A DNA stretch of 20,000 nt, from IMG/VR virus record IMGVR_UViG_3300033066_000598; one strand, 5' to 3'. The position numbers and the translations under genes were made by a program. Below are positions 5,681-13,967 of this stretch, one piece after another. The stretch's first letter is position 1. The number at the start of each line of letters is the position of its first letter. This DNA comes from an uncultured virus (IMG/VR IMGVR_UViG_3300033066_000598). Taxonomy: Duplodnaviria > Heunggongvirae > Uroviricota > Caudoviricetes. The notes under the pieces were generated by a model that was given only the letters and a program-made list of their open reading frames with translations, was not told the origin of the DNA and did no database searches.

Positions 5681-8392
5681 ATGTTGTGGCGTGACGCGGG
5701 CGACCGATTCCGCACTCCGGAGTGGCGCGGACGTAAGGCGTTCCGCGTCACTGCCGCTGTGCTGTTCATCGGCGCCTCGTCTTACTCCCTAGTCCACACC
5801 TTCAAAAAGACCGACTACGGCTTCTCGCGCGAGGCCACCGTCAAGGTCAAAAAGCAGGACGGCACGCGCGAAGTATTCGTGCTGGCGACCGTCGCTACGA
5901 TTGCTGCCGGCGCTTCGTCGCCGTGGTCGGTGCCGTCCGACTGCGGCCTGATTACCAAAGTCGAGTGCGTCGGCGCCGGTGGTCCGGGCGGCACCGTGGC
6001 TGCGATCGCGCAGGCTGGCGGTCGAGGTGGCGGCGGCGGCGCCTATTGCTTCGCAACGAATGTCGTTGCCAGACCGTCTGTCACCAGCTTCGCGATCAGC
6101 GTGCCGACTGCGCCGACCCCCGGCAACAATCCGGGGGATACGTGCTTTGGGGCCACGACGATCGGCGGCGGGGGCATCAAGTGTGGTGCCAAGTCCGGCA
6201 CCAAGGGCGCGCAAGGCAACGGCGGCAATGGCACGGGCGGCGCCGCATCGGGATGCGTCGGCGGCGCCGGCGGCGGGACCACCAATCCGGGCGCTACCTA
6301 CGCCAAGAGCGGCGGCAACGGCGGCGGCAACGGCGGTGCTTATGCGGGCTCGGGTGGCGGTGGGGCCGGTGGACCGAACGGCACGGGCGCGAACGGCGGC
6401 AACCAAACGGTCGGCAACTACGGCGGCGGCGGCGGCGGCGGCAATGGTGGCGGCGCGAATGGTGCCAATGCCACGACCGACACGGGCGCGGTTGGTGGCA
6501 ACAATTCGGGCGGCTCTGGCGGTGGCTCGGGCGGCGGTGGTACGGGCTCGAACGGCGGCGGCGGTGGTGGCGGCTCTGTTGGTCCCAACGTAGGCGGCGC
6601 TGGCGGCGCGGGCGTCGATTACTCTGGCGGTTCGAACGGCGGCGGCGGCGGTGGTGGTGGCGCAGGAGCATCGAGCGCGAGCGGCGGTTCAACGGGCGGC
6701 GTGGGTGGTGCCTACGGCGGCGGCGGCGGCGGCGGGTCTTCGGCCAACTCCGGCTCTCCCGGCGCTGGCGGCAACGGTGGTGCAGGCCGTATCGTCGTAA
6801 CCTACACGCCGACGGCGTCGACAAATCAGACGGTTACGATCACGTCGACGTCAAGCGTGTCGATGACCAGGAGAACGTCAAAGACCGTGTCGATCACATC
6901 GACGTCGTCGGTGTCGATGCTGCGCCAAACCCTGAAGAACGTTGCTGTCACCTGCGCCTCGACAGTGTCGGGGGCGCGGAGTGCGGGAAAGACGGTTTCC
7001 GTCACCTGCGCTTCGGCGCTGACCATGTTGAGGCAGACGCTGAAGAACGTGGCGATCACGGCGTCTTCCGCCGTGACGCCGAACAAGACGACAGTTCAGA
7101 CGATCAACATCACGGCGGCGAGCGCGGTCACGCTTTCGAAGCAAATCGAAAAGCTGATCGAGATCACTTGCGCCAGCCTGGTCGACGTGCACGAGCAGTC
7201 CGGCGTCGTGCCGATAACGATCGACATCACCTGCGACAGCGCTACGACGCTGACGACGCAGACGCAGAAGAACGTGCAGATCCTCGCGGCGACGGCCGTC
7301 ACGCTGCAGCAGCTGGCCGGCAAGCTTGTGTCGATCACTGCCGCGACGTCGGTCACGACGAAGCAGGACATTGCGAAGCAGCTGGCCATCACCTGCAGCA
7401 GCCTTGTTGCCGTCCTGAAGCAGGTGCAGCACTCGATCGCCGTCGACTGTGCCTCGCTGGTTTCGATCTCGACGCGCTCCAATAAGGACATCGAGATTGC
7501 GTGCCTGACGGCCGTAACCATGCTGCGCAGCGCCTCCAAGCTGGTGAACGTCACCTGCGCCAGCGTCGTGACCACGCTGCAAGGTATCGGCAAAACGGTC
7601 GACATCCTGTCGACGTCGCAAGTCACCATCTCGCGCTCCATGACGCGAACGATCGCAATCACCTGTTCCTCGATCGTTGCCCTCATCAAGCAGACCGGGC
7701 ACCACATCGACATCGCCTGCGCCTCGGCGGTGACGCTCGCCCGGCAGCCGCAGAAGAACGTCTCGATTACGGCTGCGACGTCGGTCTCTACGAGCCGCTC
7801 GATCGGAAAGCTTGTTGCCATCGTCTCTGCGACGGTGGTTTCGGTCGCCCGCGCGAAGACGGCAACGATCTCGATCGCGTGCGCCAGTGCGGTCTCTGTC
7901 GGGAAGGCGACGGCGCACCAGCTGTTCATTGCCTGCCACGGCGACGTGGCGCTGCAGAAGCTGACGTCGCACAAGGTTTTCGTCACCTGCTCATCCGCGG
8001 TGACGATCGGGCGCAACCAGTTTGTTTCGATCTCGATCCTCTGCGCCTCGACGGTCGCACTGTTCAAGCAGCCGCAGAAGAAGGTCAACATCGTTTCGGC
8101 AACGTCGGTGCTCATGGGCCGCTTCATTGCCAAGAGGGTCTTTATCGCGTGCCGCTCGACAGTGTCGAAGCCGACGAAGGCGATCACGAAGACGGTGCGC
8201 ATCACGGCCGCAAGCGTGGTGTCGATCATTGCGCGCTTCGTGATTACGCCTATCCGGACCAAGATCTTCGGCCGCGGCGGCAAGGCGCCGATCGCGGGCC
8301 TGCCGGATGAGCCGGTCTACATTGACGGCCGCGCCTCCGGCGTGCACATCGACGGCTTTCCGGAGCCGATCAATCCGAATACGGAGTTTTGA
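5681..8392 (+). CDS. Large fibre-like protein: glycine-rich domain plus 26 x 18-aa beta repeats, 903 aa
   Basis: ATG 7 nt after the previous stop. Gly-rich block about 5963-6805 bounded by 'ECVGAGG' and 'GRIVVTY'; tandem 18-aa repeats 6827-8242. Confidence 0.85.
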   Translation: MLWRDAGDRFRTPEWRGRKAFRVTAAVLFIGASSYSLVHTFKKTDYGFSREATVKVKKQDGTREVFVLATVATIAAGASSPWSVPSDCGLITKVECVGAGGPGGTVAAIAQAGGRGGGGGAYCFATNVVARPSVTSFAISVPTAPTPGNNPGDTCFGATTIGGGGIKCGAKSGTKGAQGNGGNGTGGAASGCVGGAGGGTTNPGATYAKSGGNGGGNGGAYAGSGGGGAGGPNGTGANGGNQTVGNYGGGGGGGNGGGANGANATTDTGAVGGNNSGGSGGGSGGGGTGSNGGGGGGGSVGPNVGGAGGAGVDYSGGSNGGGGGGGGAGASSASGGSTGGVGGAYGGGGGGGSSANSGSPGAGGNGGAGRIVVTYTPTASTNQTVTITSTSSVSMTRRTSKTVSITSTSSVSMLRQTLKNVAVTCASTVSGARSAGKTVSVTCASALTMLRQTLKNVAITASSAVTPNKTTVQTINITAASAVTLSKQIEKLIEITCASLVDVHEQSGVVPITIDITCDSATTLTTQTQKNVQILAATAVTLQQLAGKLVSITAATSVTTKQDIAKQLAITCSSLVAVLKQVQHSIAVDCASLVSISTRSNKDIEIACLTAVTMLRSASKLVNVTCASVVTTLQGIGKTVDILSTSQVTISRSMTRTIAITCSSIVALIKQTGHHIDIACASAVTLARQPQKNVSITAATSVSTSRSIGKLVAIVSATVVSVARAKTATISIACASAVSVGKATAHQLFIACHGDVALQKLTSHKVFVTCSSAVTIGRNQFVSISILCASTVALFKQPQKKVNIVSATSVLMGRFIAKRVFIACRSTVSKPTKAITKTVRITAASVVSIIARFVITPIRTKIFGRGGKAPIAGLPDEPVYIDGRASGVHIDGFPEPINPNTEF
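6827..8242 (+). repeat. Degenerate 54-nt (18-aa) coding tandem repeat, 26 units, consensus K-x-[VI]-x-[IV]-[TA]-[CSA]-[AS]-[ST]-x-V-[TS]-x-x-[RK]-x-x-x
   Basis: Units such as KTVSITSTSSVSMLRQTL, KNVAVTCASTVSGARSAG, KTVSVTCASALTMLRQTL and KLVNVTCASVVTTLQGIG, counted by hand. Confidence 0.9.
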
Positions 8393-8393
8393 A

Positions 8394-8747
8394 ATGGCCG
8401 CACCGGCTAACATCGAATTCCGGGTCGGCGAGACTTGGCGTATCGAGCTCACCGCGCACGACAGCTGCGGCAACGTGCTCCCCATCACCGGCTGTCAGGT
8501 GCAGTGGCGCCTCGCGCTCGACGGCAATGTGGTTGACACTCTCACCGTCGGCGACGGCATCGTGATTGTTGGCGACGGCACCGCGGGCCAGGCCATCATC
8601 ACGCTGACGCCGGCCGACCAGGCCGCGCTCGAGCTCGAGGCCGCGTTCTACCAGCACGAATGCCAGGTCATCTTGGGCGACGGCACCAAGACCGACCAGT
8701 TTGCCGGCGTGCTGCAGGCCCTGCCTTCCCTCTTCCCCGCATCGTGA
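8394..8747 (+). CDS. Small beta-sandwich structural protein (BppU N-terminal-like fibre anchor), 117 aa
   Basis: GGAG RBS. The pattern 'GETWRIELT..D..G...ITG...W...G..IITLTPAD.A.L...Y.HE.QV...DG' is typical of fibre-anchoring Ig-like domains (recall). Confidence 0.65.
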   Translation: MAAPANIEFRVGETWRIELTAHDSCGNVLPITGCQVQWRLALDGNVVDTLTVGDGIVIVGDGTAGQAIITLTPADQAALELEAAFYQHECQVILGDGTKTDQFAGVLQALPSLFPAS

Positions 8748-8754
8748 GGTTTAC

Positions 8755-9099
8755 ATGAAACGGCTTTTGCTTGGCGTTATCGCCCTTCTGCTTGTCAGCT
8801 CGCCTGTCGGCGCCGACGTCGGCATTCGCTACACGCCGCTCGGGTACTGTCAGCTGACGTCGATCGACACGTCGACGCTGCTGTCTTCCTGCACCGGCTT
8901 TCCGACCAGCGCGACGCGCGCGGTCTTCATTCCGGAGGCGCAGGCCATCCGCTATCGCGATGACGGCACGGCGCCGTCGGCCACCGTCGGCCAGCCGGTC
9001 GCGGTCGGTGTGTCGGTCGACTACACCGGCACACTGTCGAAGGTGCGGGTTATCTCGCAGACCAGCGGCGCCAAGCTGAACGTGCTGTTCTACAAATGA
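8755..9099 (+). CDS. Small signal-peptide-bearing beta protein, 114 aa
   Basis: GAGG RBS. MKR + LLLGVIALLLV + SSPVGA|D forms a classic Sec signal. The mature part 'YTPLGYCQLTSI...SSC...AQAIRYRDDGTAPSATVG..V' contains two Cys. Confidence 0.8.
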   Translation: MKRLLLGVIALLLVSSPVGADVGIRYTPLGYCQLTSIDTSTLLSSCTGFPTSATRAVFIPEAQAIRYRDDGTAPSATVGQPVAVGVSVDYTGTLSKVRVISQTSGAKLNVLFYK

Positions 9100-9683
9100 C
9101 CACCTTCACGCTCGCGCCGACGGAAGACGACGTCTTCAAGACGCTCGGGCGCTTCCTGCAGGACATCCTGCCGGCCGGTGATGACGACGCGCCTTTCGTC
9201 GTTGTCGTCGGCCAGGAGAACCGCGTTCCCGAGCCGTCGGAAAACAACTACGCCGTGATGTGGCCGCTGCGCATGCCGCGGCTGGCAACCAACTTCGAAG
9301 AGCTCGTGGGCACCGGGCTCAACCGCGGGCTGGTGCAGAGCGCGCGCCAGAACACCGAAGTCGTCGTGCAGATCGACATCCACGGTCCGGAAGCCTTCAA
9401 CAACGCCAACCGCGTCTCGACGCTGTTTCGGTCCTCCTACGCGGTGGACTTCTTCGAGGGTCAGGGCCTGCCGATCGCGCCGCTCTACTCCGGCGAACCG
9501 CGCAACGCGCCGTTCATCAGCGGCGAGAAGCAGTACGAAGACCGCTACGTCGTCGAAGCTAACATGCAGGTCAACTTCACCATGACCGCAGTCGCGCAAT
9601 CGGCGCGCGCGCTCGAAGTCGGCCTTGTCGACGTCGACACCAATCCCGACAGCTGGCCTAACAGCACCGCCAGCGCTTCCTGA
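9096..9683 (+). CDS. Tail terminator / neck-sheath completion protein, 195 aa
   Basis: Directly upstream of the sheath. Motifs 'VVGQENRVPEP', 'RLATN', 'VQIDIHGP', 'TLFRS', 'PLYS', 'EKQYEDRY'. Confidence 0.85.
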   Translation: MTTFTLAPTEDDVFKTLGRFLQDILPAGDDDAPFVVVVGQENRVPEPSENNYAVMWPLRMPRLATNFEELVGTGLNRGLVQSARQNTEVVVQIDIHGPEAFNNANRVSTLFRSSYAVDFFEGQGLPIAPLYSGEPRNAPFISGEKQYEDRYVVEANMQVNFTMTAVAQSARALEVGLVDVDTNPDSWPNSTASAS

Positions 9684-9706
9684 AACCCACCACGAGGAAA
9701 ACGCGA

Positions 9707-11458
9707 ATGAGCACCGTTTCCATCCAGAAAACCATCCGCATCACGCCGTCGGTGCTCGCCGCCGGCGGCAGTGCGCTCATCCTTTCGGGCCTGCTCCTGA
9801 CGACCAGCAGCCGCGTGCCGATCGGCGAGCTCCTGCAGCTTGGCAGCGCGCTTGCCGTCGACAACTATTTCGGCGGGGACTCGCTCGAGTCACGCGCGGC
9901 CGCCAAGTACTTCGCCGGCTTCGAGGGCTCCAATCGCAAACCCGCGAAGATGTGCTTTGCGCAGTACAATCAGGACGACGTCGGGGCGTGGCTGCGCGGC
10001 GGCGACGTGTCCGACCTGACGCTTGCGGAGTTGCAGGCGATCTCCGGTTCGCTGTCGATCGATCTGGATGGCGTGGCGGCCGCCGGCAACCCGAATCTGT
10101 CGGGCGCGACGTCGTTTTCGAACGCGGCGCAGATCATCGGCGCGGCGCTCAATGCCTACGGGCCGAATTCGGCGTCCTTCACCGGCTCGATCTCCGGCAC
10201 CACGCTCACCGCTTCGAGCATCACGGGCACGATCGACATCGGTGGCAAGCTGGCCGGCACCGGCGTCACGGCCGGCACCTACATCAAGTCGCAGCTGACG
10301 GGCACCGCCGGCGGCGCCGGCACCTACCAGGTCAGCGCATCGCAGACGGTCGGCAGCGAAGCCATGACGTCGACGCTCGCCGGCGTCACCTATGACAGCG
10401 TCTCCGGCGCCTTCAAGGTCATCTCGCCGACGGTCGGCGCGAGCTCGACGGCGGATTTTGCCACCGGCACGATCGCCGACGATCTGAAGCTGACGCTGAC
10501 GACGGGAGCGACGCTGTCGCAGGGTGCAGCCTCAGTGACGTCGCCGGCGGCGTTCATGAATGCGCTGATCGCGACCAGCCGCGCCTTTGCGTCCTTCACG
10601 CTCGGCTTCAATCCGGACGAGACCGGCAACGACATCCGCTACGCGTTCGCGGTGTGGAACGGCACGCAGAACAGCCGCTTCTGCTTTGTCGCCACCGACG
10701 ACGACGCGGCACCGACGGTCTCCGACAACGCGACCAGCAGTCTCGGCAACCGCATCAAGGCCGGCGATATCAACGGCACCATTTGCAACTGGCAGACGGC
10801 CTCCGACGATCTGAACGCGCCGACCGACCCGCTCGATTACGCCAACCTTGGCGCCTTCGTGATGGGCATCGGTGCCTCGATCGACTTCACGCAGACCAAC
10901 GGCCGCGTGACGTTCGATGCGCGCCGGCAGTCGGGTATGGCGGTCAGCGTCACCGACGACACCGTGCACGACAACCTGCTCGCCAACGGCTACAATTTCT
11001 ACGAAGTGCAGGCCGACGGCGACGAGGAGTGGCAGTGGTACACCAACGGCTCGATCTCGGGCCAGTTTGTGTGGGCCGACAGCTACTTCAACCAGATCGC
11101 GCTCAACAGCGGCTTCACGCGCGATCTGGCGAACCTGCTGCAGAACGCCTACTCGATCCCCTACAACGCCGCAGGGCGCGGGCTGATCGAAAGCGCGCTC
11201 GCCGACACCATCGAGCAGTTCCTCAATTTCGGTGCCTACCGCGCCGGCGTGGCGCTGGCGGCTTCGCAGATCGCCGCCGTCAATAACTCCGCCGGCAAGG
11301 ACATTGCCAGCACGCTCACCAATCAGGGCTGGTACCTCGACGTCGGCGTGGCAACGCCGGAAGTGCGCCAGGCGCGCGGCTCGCCGCCGATGTCGTTCTA
11401 CTACGTTGACGGCCAATCCGTGCAGCAGTTCGACATGGCGTCGATCGTCCTGCTCTAA
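9707..11458 (+). CDS. Contractile tail sheath protein, DUF3383-like, 583 aa
   Basis: GAGG RBS. Motifs 'PSVLAAGG', 'YFG..S.E...A..YFAGF', 'WLRGG', 'ASIDF', 'NGYNFY', 'SIPYN..G', 'R.ARGSPP..FYYVDGQSVQ'. Confidence 0.93.
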   Translation: MSTVSIQKTIRITPSVLAAGGSALILSGLLLTTSSRVPIGELLQLGSALAVDNYFGGDSLESRAAAKYFAGFEGSNRKPAKMCFAQYNQDDVGAWLRGGDVSDLTLAELQAISGSLSIDLDGVAAAGNPNLSGATSFSNAAQIIGAALNAYGPNSASFTGSISGTTLTASSITGTIDIGGKLAGTGVTAGTYIKSQLTGTAGGAGTYQVSASQTVGSEAMTSTLAGVTYDSVSGAFKVISPTVGASSTADFATGTIADDLKLTLTTGATLSQGAASVTSPAAFMNALIATSRAFASFTLGFNPDETGNDIRYAFAVWNGTQNSRFCFVATDDDAAPTVSDNATSSLGNRIKAGDINGTICNWQTASDDLNAPTDPLDYANLGAFVMGIGASIDFTQTNGRVTFDARRQSGMAVSVTDDTVHDNLLANGYNFYEVQADGDEEWQWYTNGSISGQFVWADSYFNQIALNSGFTRDLANLLQNAYSIPYNAAGRGLIESALADTIEQFLNFGAYRAGVALAASQIAAVNNSAGKDIASTLTNQGWYLDVGVATPEVRQARGSPPMSFYYVDGQSVQQFDMASIVLL

Positions 11459-11488
11459 TCGCAACCTTCCAGCACAAGGACATCCGTC

Positions 11489-11917
11489 ATGGATATTACT
11501 TCAGCGAACGCGGTCATCATGCTTGCGGTGGCCGGGCTGTTCGACATTCCGCAACAGCTGCAGCAGTTCTCCGCCGACAACATCTTCGGCACCAACGTGC
11601 TCGAGGCGGCGGAGACGTCGATGGGCGTCGACGGCACCCTGACCGGCGGCGTCGTTTTCAATCCGACGGAGCAGAATTACGAGCTCATGGCGGACTCGCC
11701 GTCGAACTTCTTCTTCGATCAGGTTTATCTGCGCCAGCGCGCGGACCAGGCGCTGTACCGGATTCAGGGCACGGTCATATTGACGTCGGTCGGCACGAAG
11801 TTCACGATGCGGCGCGGCATCCTCACCAGTTGGCAGCCGCTGCCCGACGCCGGCCGGGTGCTCAAAGCGCGGCGCCACACGATTCGATGGGAGCGGGTGA
11901 CACCCAACCCGAGCTAA
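11489..11917 (+). CDS. Tail tube protein, 142 aa
   Basis: AAGGA RBS; follows the sheath. 'ITSANAV', 'LQQFSAD', 'MGVDGTL..G.V', 'L.ADSPS..FFD' are typical of the tube in this phage group. Confidence 0.88.
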   Translation: MDITSANAVIMLAVAGLFDIPQQLQQFSADNIFGTNVLEAAETSMGVDGTLTGGVVFNPTEQNYELMADSPSNFFFDQVYLRQRADQALYRIQGTVILTSVGTKFTMRRGILTSWQPLPDAGRVLKARRHTIRWERVTPNPS

Positions 11918-12406
11918 ATGGCGCGCAGAAAGAGACTCGTAAAAATCGAGAAGCCGGCGGACGGCGAGAACCGCGACGCCGGCAAAACCTTCGTCGTCAC
12001 CGAAGTCGACGCCGTGCAGGCGGAGGAGTGGGGCGTGCGCGCGCTGATGGCGCTCGGCACCAGCGGAATCCAGATACCGCAGGAAATGCTGGCGCTCGGC
12101 GTTCTCGCTATTCCGCTGGTCGGCTATCAGGTCTTCATGGGGGCGAAGGAAGAAGCGGTGTTGCCGTTGTGGCGCGAGATGCTGCCGGCGTGTGTCACCT
12201 TCCAGCACTCGGAGACGAATTTCGAGCCGTTCAACCGAACGCATGTCGAGGAAGTTTCGACGCTGCTCGAATTGCGCAAAGCCATCTTGGAGCTGCACAC
12301 GGGTTTTACTATGGCCGAGCTCGCCTCAAAGTTCGCTTCGATGGGCTCGGCGTTCTTGAATCAGAGCTCCTCGATTACCCAAGGCGACCAATTACCAGCC
12401 GGATAA
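11918..12406 (+). CDS. Tail assembly chaperone (lambda gpG analogue), 162 aa
   Basis: Lies between tube and tape measure. Motifs 'RDAGKTF..TE..A.QAEEW..RAL.AL' and 'VEEVSTLLELR..ILELHTGF'. Confidence 0.85.
   Translation: MARRKRLVKIEKPADGENRDAGKTFVVTEVDAVQAEEWGVRALMALGTSGIQIPQEMLALGVLAIPLVGYQVFMGAKEEAVLPLWREMLPACVTFQHSETNFEPFNRTHVEEVSTLLELRKAILELHTGFTMAELASKFASMGSAFLNQSSSITQGDQLPAG
12301..12351 (+). promoter_or_regulatory. Programmed -1 ribosomal frameshift signal: slippery G GGT TTT plus stimulatory hairpin
   Basis: X XXY YYZ heptamer at 12301-12307 in the correct phase (ACG GGT TTT). After a 6-nt spacer, GCCGAGCTC (12314-12322) pairs with GGGCTCGGC (12343-12351). Confidence 0.8.
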
Positions 12407-12534
12407 TCTCGCTGCGGCTGGCGACACTGCACGAGCTGTCGACCGTCTACAGCTTACGCGACTGCTACGACCTTCTCGACATCGCCGCGGTCGATGCTCA
12501 CAACAGGCGCGTGCTCAATCCCCGGAGTGAATGA
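12307..12534 (+). CDS. Frameshift extension of the tail chaperone (gpGT analogue; full product 11918..12534, about 205 aa)
   Basis: The -1 frame is open to 12534, has no ATG of its own, and encodes 'LATLHELSTVYSLRDCYDLLDIAAVDAHN', a motif recalled from pre-tape-measure proteins. Confidence 0.8.
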   Translation, partial: YYGRARLKVRFDGLGVLESELLDYPRRPITSRIISLRLATLHELSTVYSLRDCYDLLDIAAVDAHNRRVLNPRSE

Positions 12535-13967
12535 TGGCGACGGTGATTGACAGCCTGGTCGTCGAGCTCGGGCTCGACCCGACCAAGTTCAATCTTCAGC
12601 AGCGCGAGGCATTCGAGACCGCAAAGCGGCTTGAAGACCAGCAGCTGAAGGCGGCGAAGAATGTCGAGCACGGTGTCGGCAAGGCTGCCGGCTCTTTCCG
12701 CGATCTGCGCAACGCGGCTGTTTCGACCTTCGCGGCAATCACCGGCGCGCGCGGCATGGCGGAATTCGCGATCAACGCGGTGCACGCTGGCGCGGCCGTC
12801 GGCCGGCTGTCGCGCAATCTGAACATTCCAACCAGCATCATCTCGCGCTGGCAGGATCTCGCGACAATCTTCGGCGGCGACGCTGGCGGCATGGCCGCGT
12901 CGTTCACGCAGATGACCGACGCGCTGCAGGGCTGGCAGCGTGGCAAGATCGACCCGATCATTGCTCAGTATCGGGCGCTCGGCGCCGAAGGCGGAACGCT
13001 TGTCGACATCAACAAGGGCGTGAACCAGACGTTTCTCGACATCGCCAAGAACCTGAAGGCGATCGAGGAGCGCTCGCCGGGCGGCGCTGGATTTTGGGGA
13101 CGGCAGCTCGGGCTCGACCCGGGCATTGTCGACGCCATGATTTCCAAGCAGCACAACATCAACGACCTGCTGCGCCAGATGCAGGGCATTACGCAGGATG
13201 CAGCGAACGCCGCTGGCGACCTTGAGCGGCGATGGAATTCGTTCACGACCAGCGCGACGCGCGGCCTGCAAAACTTCGCGCTCGAGCTGAAGGACAGCGA
13301 CAGCCCCTTCAACCCCTTCGGCAAGAATTCCGGCAACCAGGCCGACATCGAGGGCGTCAAGAAGATTTGGGCGTGGGTACAGAAGTCCTACCAGCTCCCG
13401 GGCGGCGCGATGGGTGGCGGCGGTAGCGCTTCGGCGAGCGCGACGCTCCCGGGCGGCGCCTTCAAGTCACAGGCGGAGAAGGAAGCCTACATTCGGGCAG
13501 CTGCAGCCAAGCGCGGCATCAATCCGAACGTCGCAATGGCGGTCGCGCGATCGGAGGGCTTCAACAGCTTTCAGTCGTCGGTGCCGTCGGCCAAGGGGCC
13601 GAACGGCCGCGAGGACAGCTGGTCGGCCTTCCAGCTCTACATGGGCGGCGGTCTCGGCAACGAGTTTCAGAACAAGACCGGCCTGTCGCCGCGAGATCCA
13701 AACAACGAGCGCACGGCGATCGACTACGCGCTCGACCACGCCTCGAAAAGCGGATGGGGTGCTTTCCACGGCGCGAAGAACACCGGCATATCCGCGTGGC
13801 AGGGCATCGACCGCGCAGCCGCCGGCAACAATTCGAAGACGGAAGTCAACATCCAAACCGTCATAGTGCAGCCGAAGACCGACGACCCGCAGGGGTGGGC
13901 GACGGAGTTCGGTAGCACCGTGAAGAACCGCGCCTTTGCCAGCCAGGCCAACGGGGGGCAAAACTGA
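12531..13967 (+). CDS. Tape measure protein with C-terminal lysozyme/transglycosylase-like domain, 478 aa
   Basis: GGAG RBS; N-terminus 'ATVIDSLVVELGLD'; Ala-rich helical body; SLT-like 'YIRAAAAKRGINPNVAMAVARSEG...SAFQL...GWGAFHG'. The start may be 12534. Confidence 0.9.
   Translation: MMATVIDSLVVELGLDPTKFNLQQREAFETAKRLEDQQLKAAKNVEHGVGKAAGSFRDLRNAAVSTFAAITGARGMAEFAINAVHAGAAVGRLSRNLNIPTSIISRWQDLATIFGGDAGGMAASFTQMTDALQGWQRGKIDPIIAQYRALGAEGGTLVDINKGVNQTFLDIAKNLKAIEERSPGGAGFWGRQLGLDPGIVDAMISKQHNINDLLRQMQGITQDAANAAGDLERRWNSFTTSATRGLQNFALELKDSDSPFNPFGKNSGNQADIEGVKKIWAWVQKSYQLPGGAMGGGGSASASATLPGGAFKSQAEKEAYIRAAAAKRGINPNVAMAVARSEGFNSFQSSVPSAKGPNGREDSWSAFQLYMGGGLGNEFQNKTGLSPRDPNNERTAIDYALDHASKSGWGAFHGAKNTGISAWQGIDRAAAGNNSKTEVNIQTVIVQPKTDDPQGWATEFGSTVKNRAFASQANGGQN

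Noticed and set aside
5923..7485. 520-aa Arg/Trp-rich ORF and GGC trinucleotide runs
   Set aside because: Both are by-products of Gly codons in the real frame, not a separate gene or a contingency microsatellite.
6827..8242. CRISPR array or DGR template/variable repeat
   Set aside because: The repeats are degenerate, in-frame and conserved at protein level. I saw no identical DNA repeats with spacers, no adenine-specific repeat pair and no reverse transcriptase in the window.
12566..13460. Short DNA duplications in the tape measure gene (AGCTCGGGCTCGACCCG twice; GCTCCCGGGCGGCGC twice)
   Set aside because: They encode repeated LGLDP and LPGGA peptides with preferred codons and are too short to suggest recombination sites.
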